A stretch of DNA of 62,370 nucleotides, the filler included, from Choristocarpus tenellus KU-1152 (taxonomy: Eukaryota; Protista; Phaeophyceae): assembly GCA_964200185.2 (NCBI GenBank). It is 8 parts of 8 records of this genome, joined end to end, with 100 filler letters (N's around TTAATTAATTAA, not from the genome) between each part and the next. Parts side by side here need not be neighbours in the genome. Positions count along the whole stretch, not along the records: positions 13,460 to 16,406 come from CAXNAD020023454.1; positions 16,507 to 19,399 come from CAXNAD020023861.1; positions 19,500 to 24,994 come from CAXNAD020010609.1; positions 25,095 to 49,615 come from CAXNAD020000208.1; 4 more parts are not named here. One strand, 5' to 3'. Of this stretch, positions 13,360 through 25,728 are shown in pieces. The notes below the pieces were generated by a model that was given only the letters and a program-made list of their open reading frames with translations, was not told the origin of the DNA and made no database searches. Every line of letters begins with the position of its first letter. Position 1 is the first letter of the stretch. Both the position numbers and the translations under genes were made by a program.

Positions 13360-13459
13360 NNNNNNNNNNNNNNNNNNNNNNNNNNNNNNNNNNNNNNNNN
13401 NNNTTAATTAATTAANNNNNNNNNNNNNNNNNNNNNNNNNNNNNNNNNNNNNNNNNNNN
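13360..13459. other. Artificial contig linker
   Basis: 44 N + TTAATTAATTAA + 44 N; flanked by family B MITE ends. Confidence 0.98.
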
Positions 13460-13483
13460 CCCCCCAAGATACTTTGATCCAGC

Positions 13484-13646
13484 AAGTGTCAATATCCTTG
13501 CTCCGGATACACCTTTCATGGTCGTATACATTTTAGATAACGGTGTTCACACAGGAAACCGAAAAAGGGCACAAACAACCCGTGGGAAGCCAAGCCTCAA
13601 CCAGACAAACAGGGCAAAACTCCTATCCTCTTAAATGCTTTGGGTC
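13484..13646 (-). mobile_element. MITE family A, partial diverged copy
   Basis: aagtgtcaatatccttgctccggatacacc...agacaaacagggcaaaactc matches the family A reverse complement. Confidence 0.7.
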
Positions 13647-14787
13647 GGAAGACAAGGAAGGTCTTTGTCTTGTTTGCAATGCAAGGAACGTGAGTGCCTC
13701 GAAGAATTTGTATTAGTAGTAGTAGAGGTTGTTCGTTCGACTCCAGGAAGCAAGGTCATCCTGTCCTTTCCTGTGCATGTATGTATGCATATACCATTCA
13801 GTCATCATAATGTATTTAGTATTAGTATTATTTACTTCTATTTTTTTTAGTATTTGTTTTTTGGGGGTTGAGGTAGGTTCGTTTGTTCCATTTTGGTACG
13901 ATCTAAAAGTATAGATGGAATACCCTGAGTGAGCAATATTCGGAGTGGATCCATCATCGCAAGATTGCCGCTCGAGATGATGACGGATGATAGAATGTGG
14001 CTGATGCTATAGGAAGAGTTTCAAAGCTTGTGCCAAATCTACCTTGGGACGCACCACGATGTATCGCACCGTGTCTTGTGAAACAACCAACCGTCCACGG
14101 ATCACGGGCTATCAATCGTCACAAAGTCTGCAACCAAGGAAAGTAAGGAAGGGGGGACAGAATTGGGGAGGAGAAAAGTAGAATTTTTGTTGATTCTTGG
14201 CGAGGAAAGCACATAATGGAAATGAGATAATTAATTGGTGAGCATGGGTGAAGAAGGATGCCTAACAAAGAAAACAAAAACCAGGTAAATATGATACACA
14301 ATATATTATTATTAACTACTAGTACTGTAATGGAAACCTGATAAGGATTTCTGGGAACCTTCCTGTTCGATGCACTGATTTATGATGCATACTCTAAACG
14401 CTGGGACCCAAACCGAAATTCTTGGGTTAAATCAACTAGAGAGGAATGAGTAGTAATACTACAATAATAAAAATGGAGAAATGATTTGAGATACACTAAT
14501 AGATTCGATTGGTTCAATCTTCGTGGTTGGTGGGTCTCTCATTCAACCTTTGAGCATATTTTAAGGATGGAGGATGATATTCGACTCCCTTAAACCGAAA
14601 AATATGGGAAAACTGTGACCTTTACCTCTACTCAGAATGTTTTCAGGTCACCTACTACACAAACATCTTGTGGTTTTGAATGTTGGTGTGTTGTGGGTAT
14701 TGTGAGACCATTCTCTGCGCGCAATCGCGCGAAATTCCTCACCTCATCTCTAATCACTCCTAGGGTTGAACTCAGAAACATGTCTCG

Positions 14788-15048
14788 ATGTTCCGCTTAC
14801 GAGGACGCTGGTCTGCCAGGCTTCGGATAGGTCTTCTCGTCGTAATTTGCGCTGCTATTGTAAGGTTCGCCGGTGGCTATGGGTGGTGCTCATTGGATTG
14901 GAACTGGGATGGCAAGAGAAGATCCAATGACGGCTCGAGGTGGCCTGCTGGAGACGGTGTTGTTATCACGTATGTGAATGGTATCTTTCATTCAGTCCCA
15001 GACTGGGAGAGATTGACTTCCCAGTTGCAGGCACTATTTGGACATGAG
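14788..15048 (+). CDS. First exon of an uncharacterised protein with an N-terminal hydrophobic segment (possibly DUF687-like)
   Basis: ATG 14788: MFRLRGRWSARLRIGLLVVICAAIVRF...VVITYVNGIFHSVPDWERLTSQLQALFGHE, ending at a gtatgt donor; CpG-rich context typical of 5' ends here. Downstream exons not found before the gap. Confidence 0.6.
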
Positions 15049-16073
15049 GTATGTGCTCAATTCAGGTCGGTCCAAAAGCGACTGAGTCGATCTGTATGTG
15101 TTGCGATCGAGCGAAAGTTGTAACTCTTTTTTCATCGTAGGCGACACATGTGCTATCAATTTGGAAGTCAAATATTGAACTAACAGCATCGTCAAAATTT
15201 TGGTTAAAGTCAGGGGAAAAAGGGGATCGGTATGGTGATGAGAAAGAAGTGAAAGGTTCTTGCTTGCTGCTGCCGCATGTGTGCACCCTGACACGTTGGA
15301 CTTGGCACTTCGTACATACCACACATCGTTGACCCGGCGTAGGGTTTTACATAGTCTCTGCCGTTTGTATTTGCAAAATTGCTGTTACCATCTATTGCTG
15401 GGATTTCTAGTAGAAGGGTAGACCCCGAGCAACAAGGAGTTACTGGTCACCTCTTTTTTTTGGTTAATTGTCAATATGCGACAAAGTGGTGAATAACTCT
15501 GTCGGTCCTCTTACGAGAGCGGATTCGTGCCTTACCTCTTCTACCCTCAAACGTTTGATCTACTTGAACCTGAAACCGTTTAAATGGATCAATGCTCTTC
15601 CTGCTACCTCTTTTATCATTCCAAGTATGCGCACTAAGACCACATCACAAACAAATGACGACCACAGACAAAACACAATTGAGGATCCCAAAATAAAGTA
15701 GATGCTGTGAGCGCATAACGTACATTTGGTAAAATTGTGACAGGTTCGGGCGTTTTACAACCCGTCCTCCGGATGGTGGATCACCGATGCCTCTAAGGCT
15801 GGGTACAACCTCGTGAGAAGACCAGCCAACGACAATGTTGCACAGGGTAAGCCCCATCATATGGCATCCTGTCATGGAATGATCAATGGGAAGTCCTGTG
15901 CTGGCGCTATCACATTCTCTCTCCTCTTTTGTGCCGGTAGCTAGATGCTAGGTATTTGCTTCATTTTGCAAACAAACCCTTTTCCTATGTTACTATTCAC
16001 ACCATTGTTGTATTATTGAAAACACTTCTAACCCCAAACCGCTAGGAAGTGGTACTCATTTTCCATATACACG

Positions 16074-16406
16074 TTGCTAAGGCCTTCAACATATATCCCG
16101 TGCATACCATTATCCAAACTGCCTTTATCTCAGCAAAGAATGATATGGTCACGGCTGAATGTAGGTACAACTAGACTGGAGTTTTGCTATCTTGTTGGCC
16201 TAGAACCAGCCCATTGCCCTGTCTGTCCGCAGAAAACTCCTGTACATTCTTATGATGCATATCATCAATTGTTTGAGGGAAGCAAGATCATTTTTATTGT
16301 GGCAGCTGGTGAATTCCTTATGTACTACTGGGAGCTTGTGATAGGTGAAATATGTCAGCACCGCTCTGTTGCAACCAAATCCCTTTCTGTGCCTGTCCTC
16401 ACCCCC
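16074..16406 (+). mobile_element. Non-LTR retrotransposon (LINE) ORF2 C-terminal remnant
   Basis: QQRMIWSRLNVGTTRL...HCPVCPQKTPVHSYDAYHQLF resembles the LINE C-terminal ..RLR.G...L....CP.C....T..H.L..C zinc-finger region. Confidence 0.4.
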
Positions 16407-16506
16407 NNNNNNNNNNNNNNNNNNNNNNNNNNNNNNNNNNNNNNNNNNNNTTAATTAATTAANNNNNNNNNNNNNNNNNNNNNNNNNNNNNNNNNNNNNN
16501 NNNNNN
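16407..16506. other. Artificial contig linker
   Basis: 44 N + TTAATTAATTAA + 44 N. Confidence 0.98.
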
Positions 16507-16569
16507 GGGAAGGGGTGGCCGGGCGTTGGTTAAAGATGTGGTGTACTGCAGCACTTTTTTTTTTTTTTT

Positions 16570-19070
16570 TTTTTTTCCGTGCAGGGATGGAGGACATTAC
16601 AACGTACCAACGATCACAGCAAAGTCTTGGGGACTTGCGATTTCCAGCGGTGGTGTGGGTAACTGCGTGCACTCTGTTGGCAACATGTAAACATCTACAA
16701 GGAAACATCACTACAAATGCACGCCCGAGCCCTATCCATAGGGAACGTAGGCAAACAACAAGTTGGAAAGCAATGGGGGGAAAAAAAAAGCCAGCACATC
16801 CTTCTTACCTTCCACTTGCCATCCTCGTAGGCTTGGCTGAAGGATGTGTCTATCCTCTGCTTCACCTCGTCCTTTGACGCTGCGTTGGACACGAACACCT
16901 CCACCCTCCTGCTCCGTTCAAGGGCCGCCTCCACCACATTGTGTCTCTCTGCGCTGTAGGAGACGACGGTGTCCCCAGCATCCGTGTACCTATCGTGGGA
17001 GGGCAGTTCGTAAATTAGCCCTATGGAGTATACTGTATTGCGCACGGATTCATCATGTCGCAACATATGACTTAACGTTCCGATACAGGGCAACACGCTC
17101 TTGGTGCGTTTCCACGTTTAACGTACCGATTCGGGAAATAAACTCGTGGGATGGATTGACGCCCCTGAACCGTCCACCCAGCTCGTTCTGTTACTGTTTA
17201 ACAATGTCCTACACCTTCCACAAAGAAAAGAAAAAATCGCTGCTTCTGTGAAGAAGGATGTGTGTGACGTTATTGACGAACCTGTTAACGAGGAAGCGGA
17301 GGGCCCTCATGGGGATGTCCAAGGCAGCACCTTCGTATTCGACGTCCATCATGGATTGGAGTACAACAGGAGATGCATTACTCCCGTGGCCGAAGATGTC
17401 GACGACGGTGACTCGCTTATTGCATGTGAACATCGTCTTATCATTGTGCGCGAGAATAATCATGTCCTGGTGGCTTCTGAGATGGTTATCTGTGCCTAAA
17501 TGAGGGCGCCCCCCCCTCCTCGTCTTGTATATTAGCATTAGGGGATGATCCTCCACAAACAAACCCACCTTCGAAGCAGTAAGAGCCTCTGAATGAAGAG
17601 AAGGCGGGAGGGAGTGCATGGGTCCAACATGCGTCAAACTTGACAGTGACATCACACAAGTAGTCATGGTAGGGACTCATGAAATCTCATACCACTTAAC
17701 ATTATAATAGTACAATGAGTGTGGAACGTAAGGCAAATAACCAATGCAAAAATTGCAAACAATAGGAGATTAAAGTAATAATAGAAGTAAATATGGCAAA
17801 AACAATGTAGTGAAGACAAGTAAACGCCAGCATGCGATTCGCGGACAATGAAACAAAGAACTACGTAGTTGCAAGTGAAAAAAAAAGCAAGCGATATAAA
17901 AGGAAGTAGAAGGTACGAAGGACATGAAGCAACATGGGGAAAGCGAAAAAATATAGGAATACACACGACCTAATCCGCATCTCCTGAGCGGTAGCACACA
18001 ATCTTCGATCGGCACACAGACGGAATGATAACAGCCATGGTGGATTTTAATAGTCTCCCGCAATACACCCCGTATTTCAGCGCTGGCGAACTCTGCAATT
18101 CACCTACTAGGCGGTGTAAATGCGCGGCCCATGGGTGGGGCACAGTGAGCGCGATGGTGCCCTGAGGATGCATCTTAAGCCGCAAGCACTGAAGCATTTC
18201 GCGCAGGTGTGTGTTGGTCCCCTCTTCGTCGATGAGGAGTTTTGGCTCGGCGGCAATGGACACTATGGTGAGCTTTGGCGCATTGCGGAAGGCAAAATCC
18301 CAAAGGTCGTCTAAGCGTACAGTGGGGTCGAGAGGGCGAAGGTTGTGTAGTGCAGTGTTCTCACTCCTGCTTGGACATCATGACACACAACACAGTAGAC
18401 AGACAGCATGACAAGAAGGACGGCATAGTAAGCTACGGGACAGGCAATCTTTTCATTTAAGTGAGTGTCTGACAATATTTCCACTGCATCTCCAAAATGT
18501 CATGCCGTACCCTCCACAACGCCAGACTCATCAGATACATCTCATGGAAGGAGGGTAGACGTCAAAACACTTTAAAAGTTCCATGGCCCATGGAAACCTC
18601 CAAAAAAGCAACACAGCTAGGGTACAAAGGATGAGCAATCCACATGATGTACAAGCAGTCAAGACCTACGTGCAAACCAACGCGAAACCAAACACGCAGA
18701 GACGACTTGTGTGTCTGTATAATGTGCAACAACGCCGAGACCCACATGCACTTCTCCATGTCAGCCGTTTCGCTGCGCGAGGGGGGAGGTAAAAGGCTTA
18801 GCGTCACGGGTGACCCGCCCGCACTCCTTGCGCGAGCCTTACCCTTGCCCCTGCTGCCCCTGCCCCTGCCCTTGCCCCTGCCCTGACCCGCTGTTTCATT
18901 CCTCACCGATCCAGACCCTTCACTGCCCTCCTGTGCCATGGGGCAATTGATACGTAATCGATCCTTTCGCCTCCCTTCGCCTACAATCTCCACGTCGGCA
19001 CATTCGTCCATATGCGTGGTTGAGCACCTTGGGCATTAAACAGACAGGATAGTATTTTTCCAAATCACTA
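16570..19070 (-). pseudogene. Decayed multi-exon gene containing an SRA/YDG (SAD_SRA)-like domain
   Basis: Pseudo-exon 16809-17495 reads, across two in-frame stops (~17210, ~17195) and one frameshift (~17090), GGRFRGVNPSHEFISRIGTLNVETHQERVA / IGTLSH...VYSIGLIYE...DRYTDAGDTVVSYSA...EAALERS...AYEDGKWK|gtaag. This is collinear with SRA motifs G..PGV..G..F..R.....G.H...GI, SIV....Y.DD.D.GD...Y.G, N.AL..S and Y.YDG.Y.V. Upstream exon-like blocks at ~17970-18310 and ~18700-19070 include a GRGKGRG tract. Confidence 0.55.
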
Positions 19071-19399
19071 ATTGGGCACAACAACACAACGCGGGAATCC
19101 ACGGTTACGAAGGACCACGAAATTGGTGGCGCAAAAACAGCACTGAGTAGTACAGGTGAGATACAAAAAAAAAACACATAAGAATAGTCGGTGATGTACA
19201 TGCATTATCAACACAAAATCGGACTGTGGTAAATAAAGAGACATGGGGGTAGCGACCACAGCGCTGCACACAGAGGGACCCAGCAACATTCCACCGGTTC
19301 AATGGCGTGCGCCGCTGAAAAGATAACAATGTATCTATCCAAAGTATCTGGGAGGGGGGAGGGGGTCTACACCAAGGTGTCGATTTGGACCAAAATCTG

Positions 19400-19499
19400 N
19401 NNNNNNNNNNNNNNNNNNNNNNNNNNNNNNNNNNNNNNNNNNNTTAATTAATTAANNNNNNNNNNNNNNNNNNNNNNNNNNNNNNNNNNNNNNNNNNNN
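19400..19499. other. Artificial contig linker
   Basis: 44 N + TTAATTAATTAA + 44 N; family B start at ~19338-19399 on the left, family A end at 19500-19585 on the right. Confidence 0.98.
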
Positions 19500-19585
19500 A
19501 CAATAGCCAAAATTACATCAAAATTGCAACATTGGACTTTGGCCCCCAACTGGACGCGGCTCTACCCTCTAAGATACTTTGGCTC
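19500..19585 (+). mobile_element. MITE family A right end
   Basis: ...tggacgcggctctaccctctaagatactttggctc. Confidence 0.85.
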
Positions 19586-21010
19586 AGCTTCCATTAACCA
19601 CAAAGGCAGATCCCATCCCCATAACTCCGCCTCACAGTGAACCGATCTTTGGGTGTAGAGGAAGGTTTGCCCAACAGTTTCCCTTAGCTGGATGAAGAAG
19701 ATAAAACATGGATACCACGCAAATGCCCTTGAGTCGTAGGACAAGTGCAGCAGCATGTCTTGGACTTACCGTGGTCTTTGATGCTGGAGGTAATATCTAC
19801 ATTGTATTTTGGGGGATTTGACTGCTGGGCCTTCCTCTTTTAATTCCTATAGTTAAGTTTTTTCCTATTTTTCTTGTATTATTATGTATTCATCCACTAT
19901 TTCTACTTCTTTTTCTCCCTACATTTTTCTCGTTGTTTGCATTCTGCATCTTATCATGGCTTGGATCTCTGAATGTGGGTAGCAACAACGTTGATATTGG
20001 GTCGCTGTGTTGAGGGCTCACATGAAGTAGGAACAACAGAGAGGAATTGGGATCACACGGTCCTGAGGGTCCAAACAAACCCAAGATGGATGCATGACCA
20101 CAAAATCTCCTACATGAGCAAGATGGGGGCAACCAAATCTGAACAGATGCAGAACAGAACAGAAGATGAATTGGAAAACCAGCTGCAACGAACCAACAGA
20201 CAAGCATTACCCAACAGAATCCTAGACAGACCAAGAATCAGCAAAGATCCTGACAACAGGCTTGAGGTTCGACTGATGCCAAGCACAGCTGAAGCAACAG
20301 TTGGGGATCCGAAAAGACTCTTGGCAGAACCCTTGACCAGAGATGCCTACGGGTGGTTTCCCTTGGACCTGTTCTCCACAATCTTTGCCTTTTGCATTTT
20401 TGTCAAACTATTGTGTTGTTTTCCTTTGCCCTCTCTTTGTTTTATCTTTCTCACCACAGGTCCAACCATGTTGTATGCAGTGCCCTGATGGACTTTTCAC
20501 CCGACTGGGTACACATGGCAGTATTTGTCCAGGGGCTAATCACAGTGAAATTTTATTGCAAAGTGAAGTGTAGCATTTTTAATCCGTTGAAGAACAGCTT
20601 TCTGGGGAGGAGTGGTGACCCGTTCGAGTTTTTTTAGCCACATATACTTTAGACGTGTGGGCGCAGGGACCCCAGTTGAGTGATTGCCCATGCGCTGGCC
20701 CCTTGCCCACACCATCTCCGGTGACGTGATAGAGCCATAATATCAGAATATTCCCTTCCAGGTCTCATCTCCCTGTTACTGGCTGTGTGTAGAAGGGCAC
20801 TGAAGCAGGTGTTGTTGAGGAAAAGAGTGATCTCACGCTGAGGTTTGTCTTGGTGTCCTTCATCATGTGCTGCCAGCCAGGAAGGGTGTGGACTTACTTG
20901 CAGGGCTTGCACTGGAGGGTCTGTACCCGCCCAATCTACCTAGTCTTGACTGATGATCGCGGCAAAGTCCTCAGCAGATATTCCCGCAGAAAGGATAGTG
21001 TGATTTGATT

Positions 21011-21237
21011 CTCCCAGAGCCTGCACGGTAGGGCTGGAGCATATAGTTTGCAGTAAATACCTCACCAGAAGCTTCTTGCTGTCTTGCTAGAAGGGTAGGG
21101 GAGGATACCAGCTATCATCTGCAAATCATATAAACGCTGCGTTGATACTCCCAGAGCCTGCATTGTAGGTCTGGAGTACATAGCAGCAGCAAATACCTCG
21201 CCAGAAACTCTTACTGCCGTGCTATGAGGGTAGGGAG
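21011..21237. repeat. Imperfect tandem duplication with ~137-bp period
   Basis: cccagagcctgcacggtagggctggagca...aaatacctcaccagaagc (~21013) versus cccagagcctgcattgtaggtctggagta...aaatacctcgccagaaac (~21150). Confidence 0.75.
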
Positions 21238-24200
21238 AGTACCTGTTAGCAGCTGACAATCATGCAAATGCTGAAAGTTGGTGATGGATATATAAACCTC
21301 TTCCATTGTAGTTGTTGGCATCTGAGCTTGAACCTGCAGGTGTGTCTTCAAGCGAAGAGGCCTACCCTCACACCTTCGCAGAATTCAGTTGGCTCAGTCG
21401 AATCTCCTTCCTCCAATATGATCCTCTCAAGTCCTGACAAAGAAGTGTTGTGTGCCTGCCCTATGGCGGAAGTAGTGGTGGGGTGACCCGTATCTTGTAG
21501 CCGTCTATAGCGTAAGTTATAACGAATAATTAATCGACTAACATGTTCATACTTTTGCAGTTGAGTCAACCTACTAGTAATTTGACAACCCCCTCCCTCT
21601 TACCAACCTCGTTCACCAAACCCCAACCCCATCAAATTTCTGAAGGCCTAACAAAAAACTAGTAACAGTTCGATGACTAATAGAACAACAGTACCTCCAG
21701 TACACATTCCACTACCTATTATTGCACTTTCTATACGCTACGATTTCTACACACGAGTTCCAAGTAGGAATCGATACAGAACGTACATATGGACACCAAA
21801 CACAGATCAATGGATGTGCCGGGTGAACCAAGATATTCAATATGAACATGACACATGAAACATGCCTTCCAAGGTTTTTGTGGGCTCATACCCTCCTCAT
21901 CCCACTCTATGACCTTCTTCAAGGTAGCCTCAGGCGTTGGGGTCTGATAGGGACACCCCACCTGTAGCATTGCCTGTTGTTCTCAGTCCTTAAAAGGCTA
22001 TTGTTGGACCGAGACTACCATGAGGCTCACCGCTGCGGTGGGACTCATAGGCCTTGCACCATCAGTCGGACTCATCCCTGTCGGTCCAGTGAGACTGTCA
22101 GGATATGGAACTCCCCGTGTTTTTTCATCTTCTTGCGGGTTGGTGGGGCTGGGGAGATGGGATCCATTGATAGTGACTTCGTCTCACAACCCTCTTAGTC
22201 TATTTTTTCGTATTTTTGCAGTGCTGGCACATCTCGTTGTTATTATTTTCATGCTGCATTAGGCTGCATGCAGATTGATGGCCTTAAACCTATGCCACGC
22301 CTTCTACATACCAAACCTAGTGACTTCTCGTGATTGGATACTTGATAGATGTCCACAGTTGAGCTGTTGCCCTACTCAGAAGTATAAACTTTGATGCAGG
22401 AAGATGGATGTTGCGATGAGGTTCAGCACTGAGGTGTACTTGGCCAAGGACATTTCCCTGCCTGTTCTGACCGTTGATCACCTGGTAGATGGGACAGTAC
22501 ACCGTTTGGGTTCAAATTTAATGGGAATGACCCACTGTTTGTTGCTGCATACACAGGATACGTAAATATGGTGGGAGTGGATGCTTCTCGGACACTATCT
22601 CACTTCGCCATCATCACACAATCTTTGTACCCAACAAGCATGGAGTTCTAGAGCAATTGCTTGTTTATCACATTTTCGATGAAGTCGTTTCACCTCGGTA
22701 TCTTATCAATTGTTATTGGTCGACCACTGCCATAGTATTCTCCCTGCATCACTTTCCTAGCCAACTTCACTTTCCCCTGGCAGGCAAACTTTTCCCACTG
22801 GTTACTCAGGGACATCGTCCCGCAACAATGCAATGATGTCTCTGGTTGAGAGCCCTGTAACAGTGGAAACTGCCATCTCCTTGATCTCTAAGGCCAAGGC
22901 TATTGTGGATTCCGACATGGGTGTGAAGGTCAGAGGGTTGAAAGTTGAAGGGTAGATGCGTTCCGCCTACAAGCTCGGGGTGTATTGATAGACGAGACCC
23001 GTAGCTATTTATACTTGTACTTTCATTTGAAATGATACACAGTTATGCATGCCTCCTTCCCGGGGGGTAGTTTGGGTGGCATTATTATCCTTCTTTTTCT
23101 AGATAGTCCCATCCCCTTGCTGTCCAAACCTCTCATGTGGTCCTATGCGAGGTCATGCTCAAAACTACACGTCTGCTCTCTTTTTTTCACCTAGTCAGGT
23201 ATACCGTGTGTTGTAATGTGCAGCAGCTAGGTCGTGGAATATCGGGAACTTAATGTGTGTAACTCAACACTCTGATTAATACAATATATCAAATCAATTG
23301 AAGGATTCTGCTTAGATTGTAGAGCAGTTAGCATCTGTGCTTTCTTTCCAGGGTCAGGGTTATTTTGTTATATTTTCATACTTCGCTCCCACCACATTGG
23401 CAATATATACGTTACATTCATTCCCATGGTGGCGAGTTTGAATCATCTGGAGGCTTTGGGCGTGTCCATCCGCTGCTGGGTGCATCCACCCACATCACAT
23501 GTGTCCACCCACATCACATGTGGAGTATGGTGACAAGGAAAAAGAACGGAAGGATTGGGAAGGGGATGGAGGAATCAAAGCCATGAGATTCAGCTCATGG
23601 ACCTGGAAGGGAGGTAACAGCGATTCAAAAGCCTGACCGGCAAGGAAACCCTGCTATAGGGTCGATGGGTCCCATTATTAGGTGCTACTTTCTTGTGACT
23701 GTTGTTTACCAACGTGTATAGCGAGGTCAATGTGTGAATATTTTCTATTCTTCATAATAAGAAAAGTTGAGTGTGGTACCACTTGGCAGGCACGGCACAG
23801 CAGTGCTCACATGCTGCATGTGACGAGAGGTTGTAGTACCCCTAGGAGAGAGGAAAAAGTGGATTCGCTAGACCGTCCTTGGCTATCCATGGTGGGCTTT
23901 CAGTTGCTTACCTTCGGAATGGCAGAAGCCAGGGTGAGGGAGCCCAAGGAGCAGGGAGCATGGGTGGAAGCCGGAGCCTTCCAAGTGGCAGGGAGGCTCA
24001 GAAATAATACTAAAAGAAGTTAGTTTCGACAACCTGACCAATTTTGTTGTGGGAAAGAGACTCGATTAACCCTTTTCTTTTTTTTTCTCAGGGGTTTGTA
24101 AAAATTGTGAGGCGTGTTTTGGCCATTCCTGTGGATTCAGGAAGGCTCGGTCGGAGGGGGCACGTTTTTGACACCTGAGAATAGAATATTACAACGCCTG

Positions 24201-24397
24201 AAATGCAAGCGATCTGAACTCCGGCGTTACACGTACGACTTCACGCCTTCCCGTTCTTGGCACCTGAATGAGAAGGTGAATGTACAACGTAGTCAGTGTC
24301 AAGGGTCGGCCAAGATGCTGCAGTCGACCCAGAAGACTGGAGTCTAGTCCTAGTGAGCGGGAGCGTCTAGCCAGTTAGCAGACGGCTTTTCTAGGTG

Positions 24398-24418
24398 TAG
24401 GGTTAGGGTTAGGGTTAG
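24398..24418 (+). repeat. Interstitial telomere-like (TTAGGG)n
   Basis: tagggttagggttagggttag. Confidence 0.75.
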
Positions 24419-24636
24419 TGAGAACAGTTCTAGTGATGCTGACGTAAGAGCAGGGTGTTTATCTGCATCGAGCCAGTGTTGCGATCTCGGGGGTTGGTTA
24501 AGACGAGGTAAAACGGTGTTTGTAGTGAATAGGAAGGTCTTTCTTTGATTTGAGTTGTAAGTCGTGCAGGCTCGGTTGATACGCATCTTCTTCTTGTGCT
24601 CTCCTCCTGTACGGTGTTTTTTCTCTTGTCTGATGA

Positions 24637-24638
24637 TG

Positions 24639-24674
<36 letters not shown>
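24637..24674. repeat. (GCCT)n microsatellite
   Basis: About nine tandem tgcc units. Confidence 0.9.
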
Positions 24675-24994
24675 GGAAATGTTGGTGGGCAAATTGTTTG
24701 CGACAGCTGCACTCTAGTAAAGATGAGGCACTCTGTGTAATAGGATTGGTGGTAATGTGTTCCTTTTAGCAAAGCTCCAAGCTGCCAGATGTATTCTTAG
24801 AGCCCGTTTTTTGAGGATGCTGCTGCTGTCTCAGGAACATGCGAAGGTGCTCTGCTTGCCTGCTACAAGAATAGAGAGCAATCAAGTGTGTGCAGTGAAA
24901 CGAAACTCCTTCTCCCCCCCCCCCCCCCCCCCCCCCCCACTCTCTAAACCCCTCCACCCCACCCCCCACAACCCAAACATAATACGCAAAAATC

Positions 24995-25094
24995 NNNNNN
25001 NNNNNNNNNNNNNNNNNNNNNNNNNNNNNNNNNNNNNNTTAATTAATTAANNNNNNNNNNNNNNNNNNNNNNNNNNNNNNNNNNNNNNNNNNNN
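24995..25094. other. Artificial contig linker
   Basis: 44 N + TTAATTAATTAA + 44 N. Confidence 0.98.
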
Positions 25095-25095
25095 A

Positions 25096-25728
25096 GTTAT
25101 TGTCTGCTCCTCACATACTCCCCCTACCTCAACACCCCCCACTGCCTCATCCACTCCACCTACCGAGTGTGCATCCCCTCCTGGGCATACCGCTACCCCA
25201 GTTATGTCTGGTGTCCAGGTCCCCAACTTTGTTGTAGCCACGCCCCCCCCTGCAGCCATTCCCGAAGACAATCCACTGTCTTTGTCCACCCATAATCCCT
25301 TAAGAACTGTATCCACACCATGTCCCCCTACTCCCACCTCGTCTTTCTCTCCAGCCCCAGTCACATCCTGTGCCACTGCTACCCCCTCAGTGATGGCTCC
25401 TCCCAATATCCCAGCCTCTTCCCCTGCCCTCACTCGTATTAAAGGCTCATACGATGTCCCTGACCCACCCAAAGATTCCCCGGCATTGGCCACCTCCCCA
25501 ACTCCAACGGGGTTTAAATCATTGCCTGGTGAGGAAACAAGAGATCCTTCCCATAGTGACAATACAGGCCAAGAGTTGTTGGTGGACAAGGTCAAGACAG
25601 CTCCCAAGTATGCAACTTCTTCAGCCCCACAGGCACCAGGTAGCAAAGATGGTGAAGAGGCAAAAGAATGCGGTTCAGATGCCTCTGTGTCGGTGAAGAT
25701 TCCCCATGTTGTTGTGAATACCTTGTAG
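25096..25728 (+). CDS. Probable last exon of a gene with a Pro/Ser/Thr-rich disordered C-terminus (5' part lost in the gap)
   Basis: Frame open from the contig edge to TAG 25728 (~210 codons), ending VSVKIPHVVVNTL*; convergent with METTL18. Confidence 0.55.
   Translation, partial: VIVCSSHTPPTSTPPTASSTPPTECASPPGHTATPVMSGVQVPNFVVATPPPAAIPEDNPLSLSTHNPLRTVSTPCPPTPTSSFSPAPVTSCATATPSVMAPPNIPASSPALTRIKGSYDVPDPPKDSPALATSPTPTGFKSLPGEETRDPSHSDNTGQELLVDKVKTAPKYATSSAPQAPGSKDGEEAKECGSDASVSVKIPHVVVNTL

Noticed and set aside
16780-16808. VRRMCW as the SRA 'KVVKYW' motif
   Set aside because: It lies immediately after a strong AAG|gtaaga donor and is probably intronic, so it was not used as evidence.
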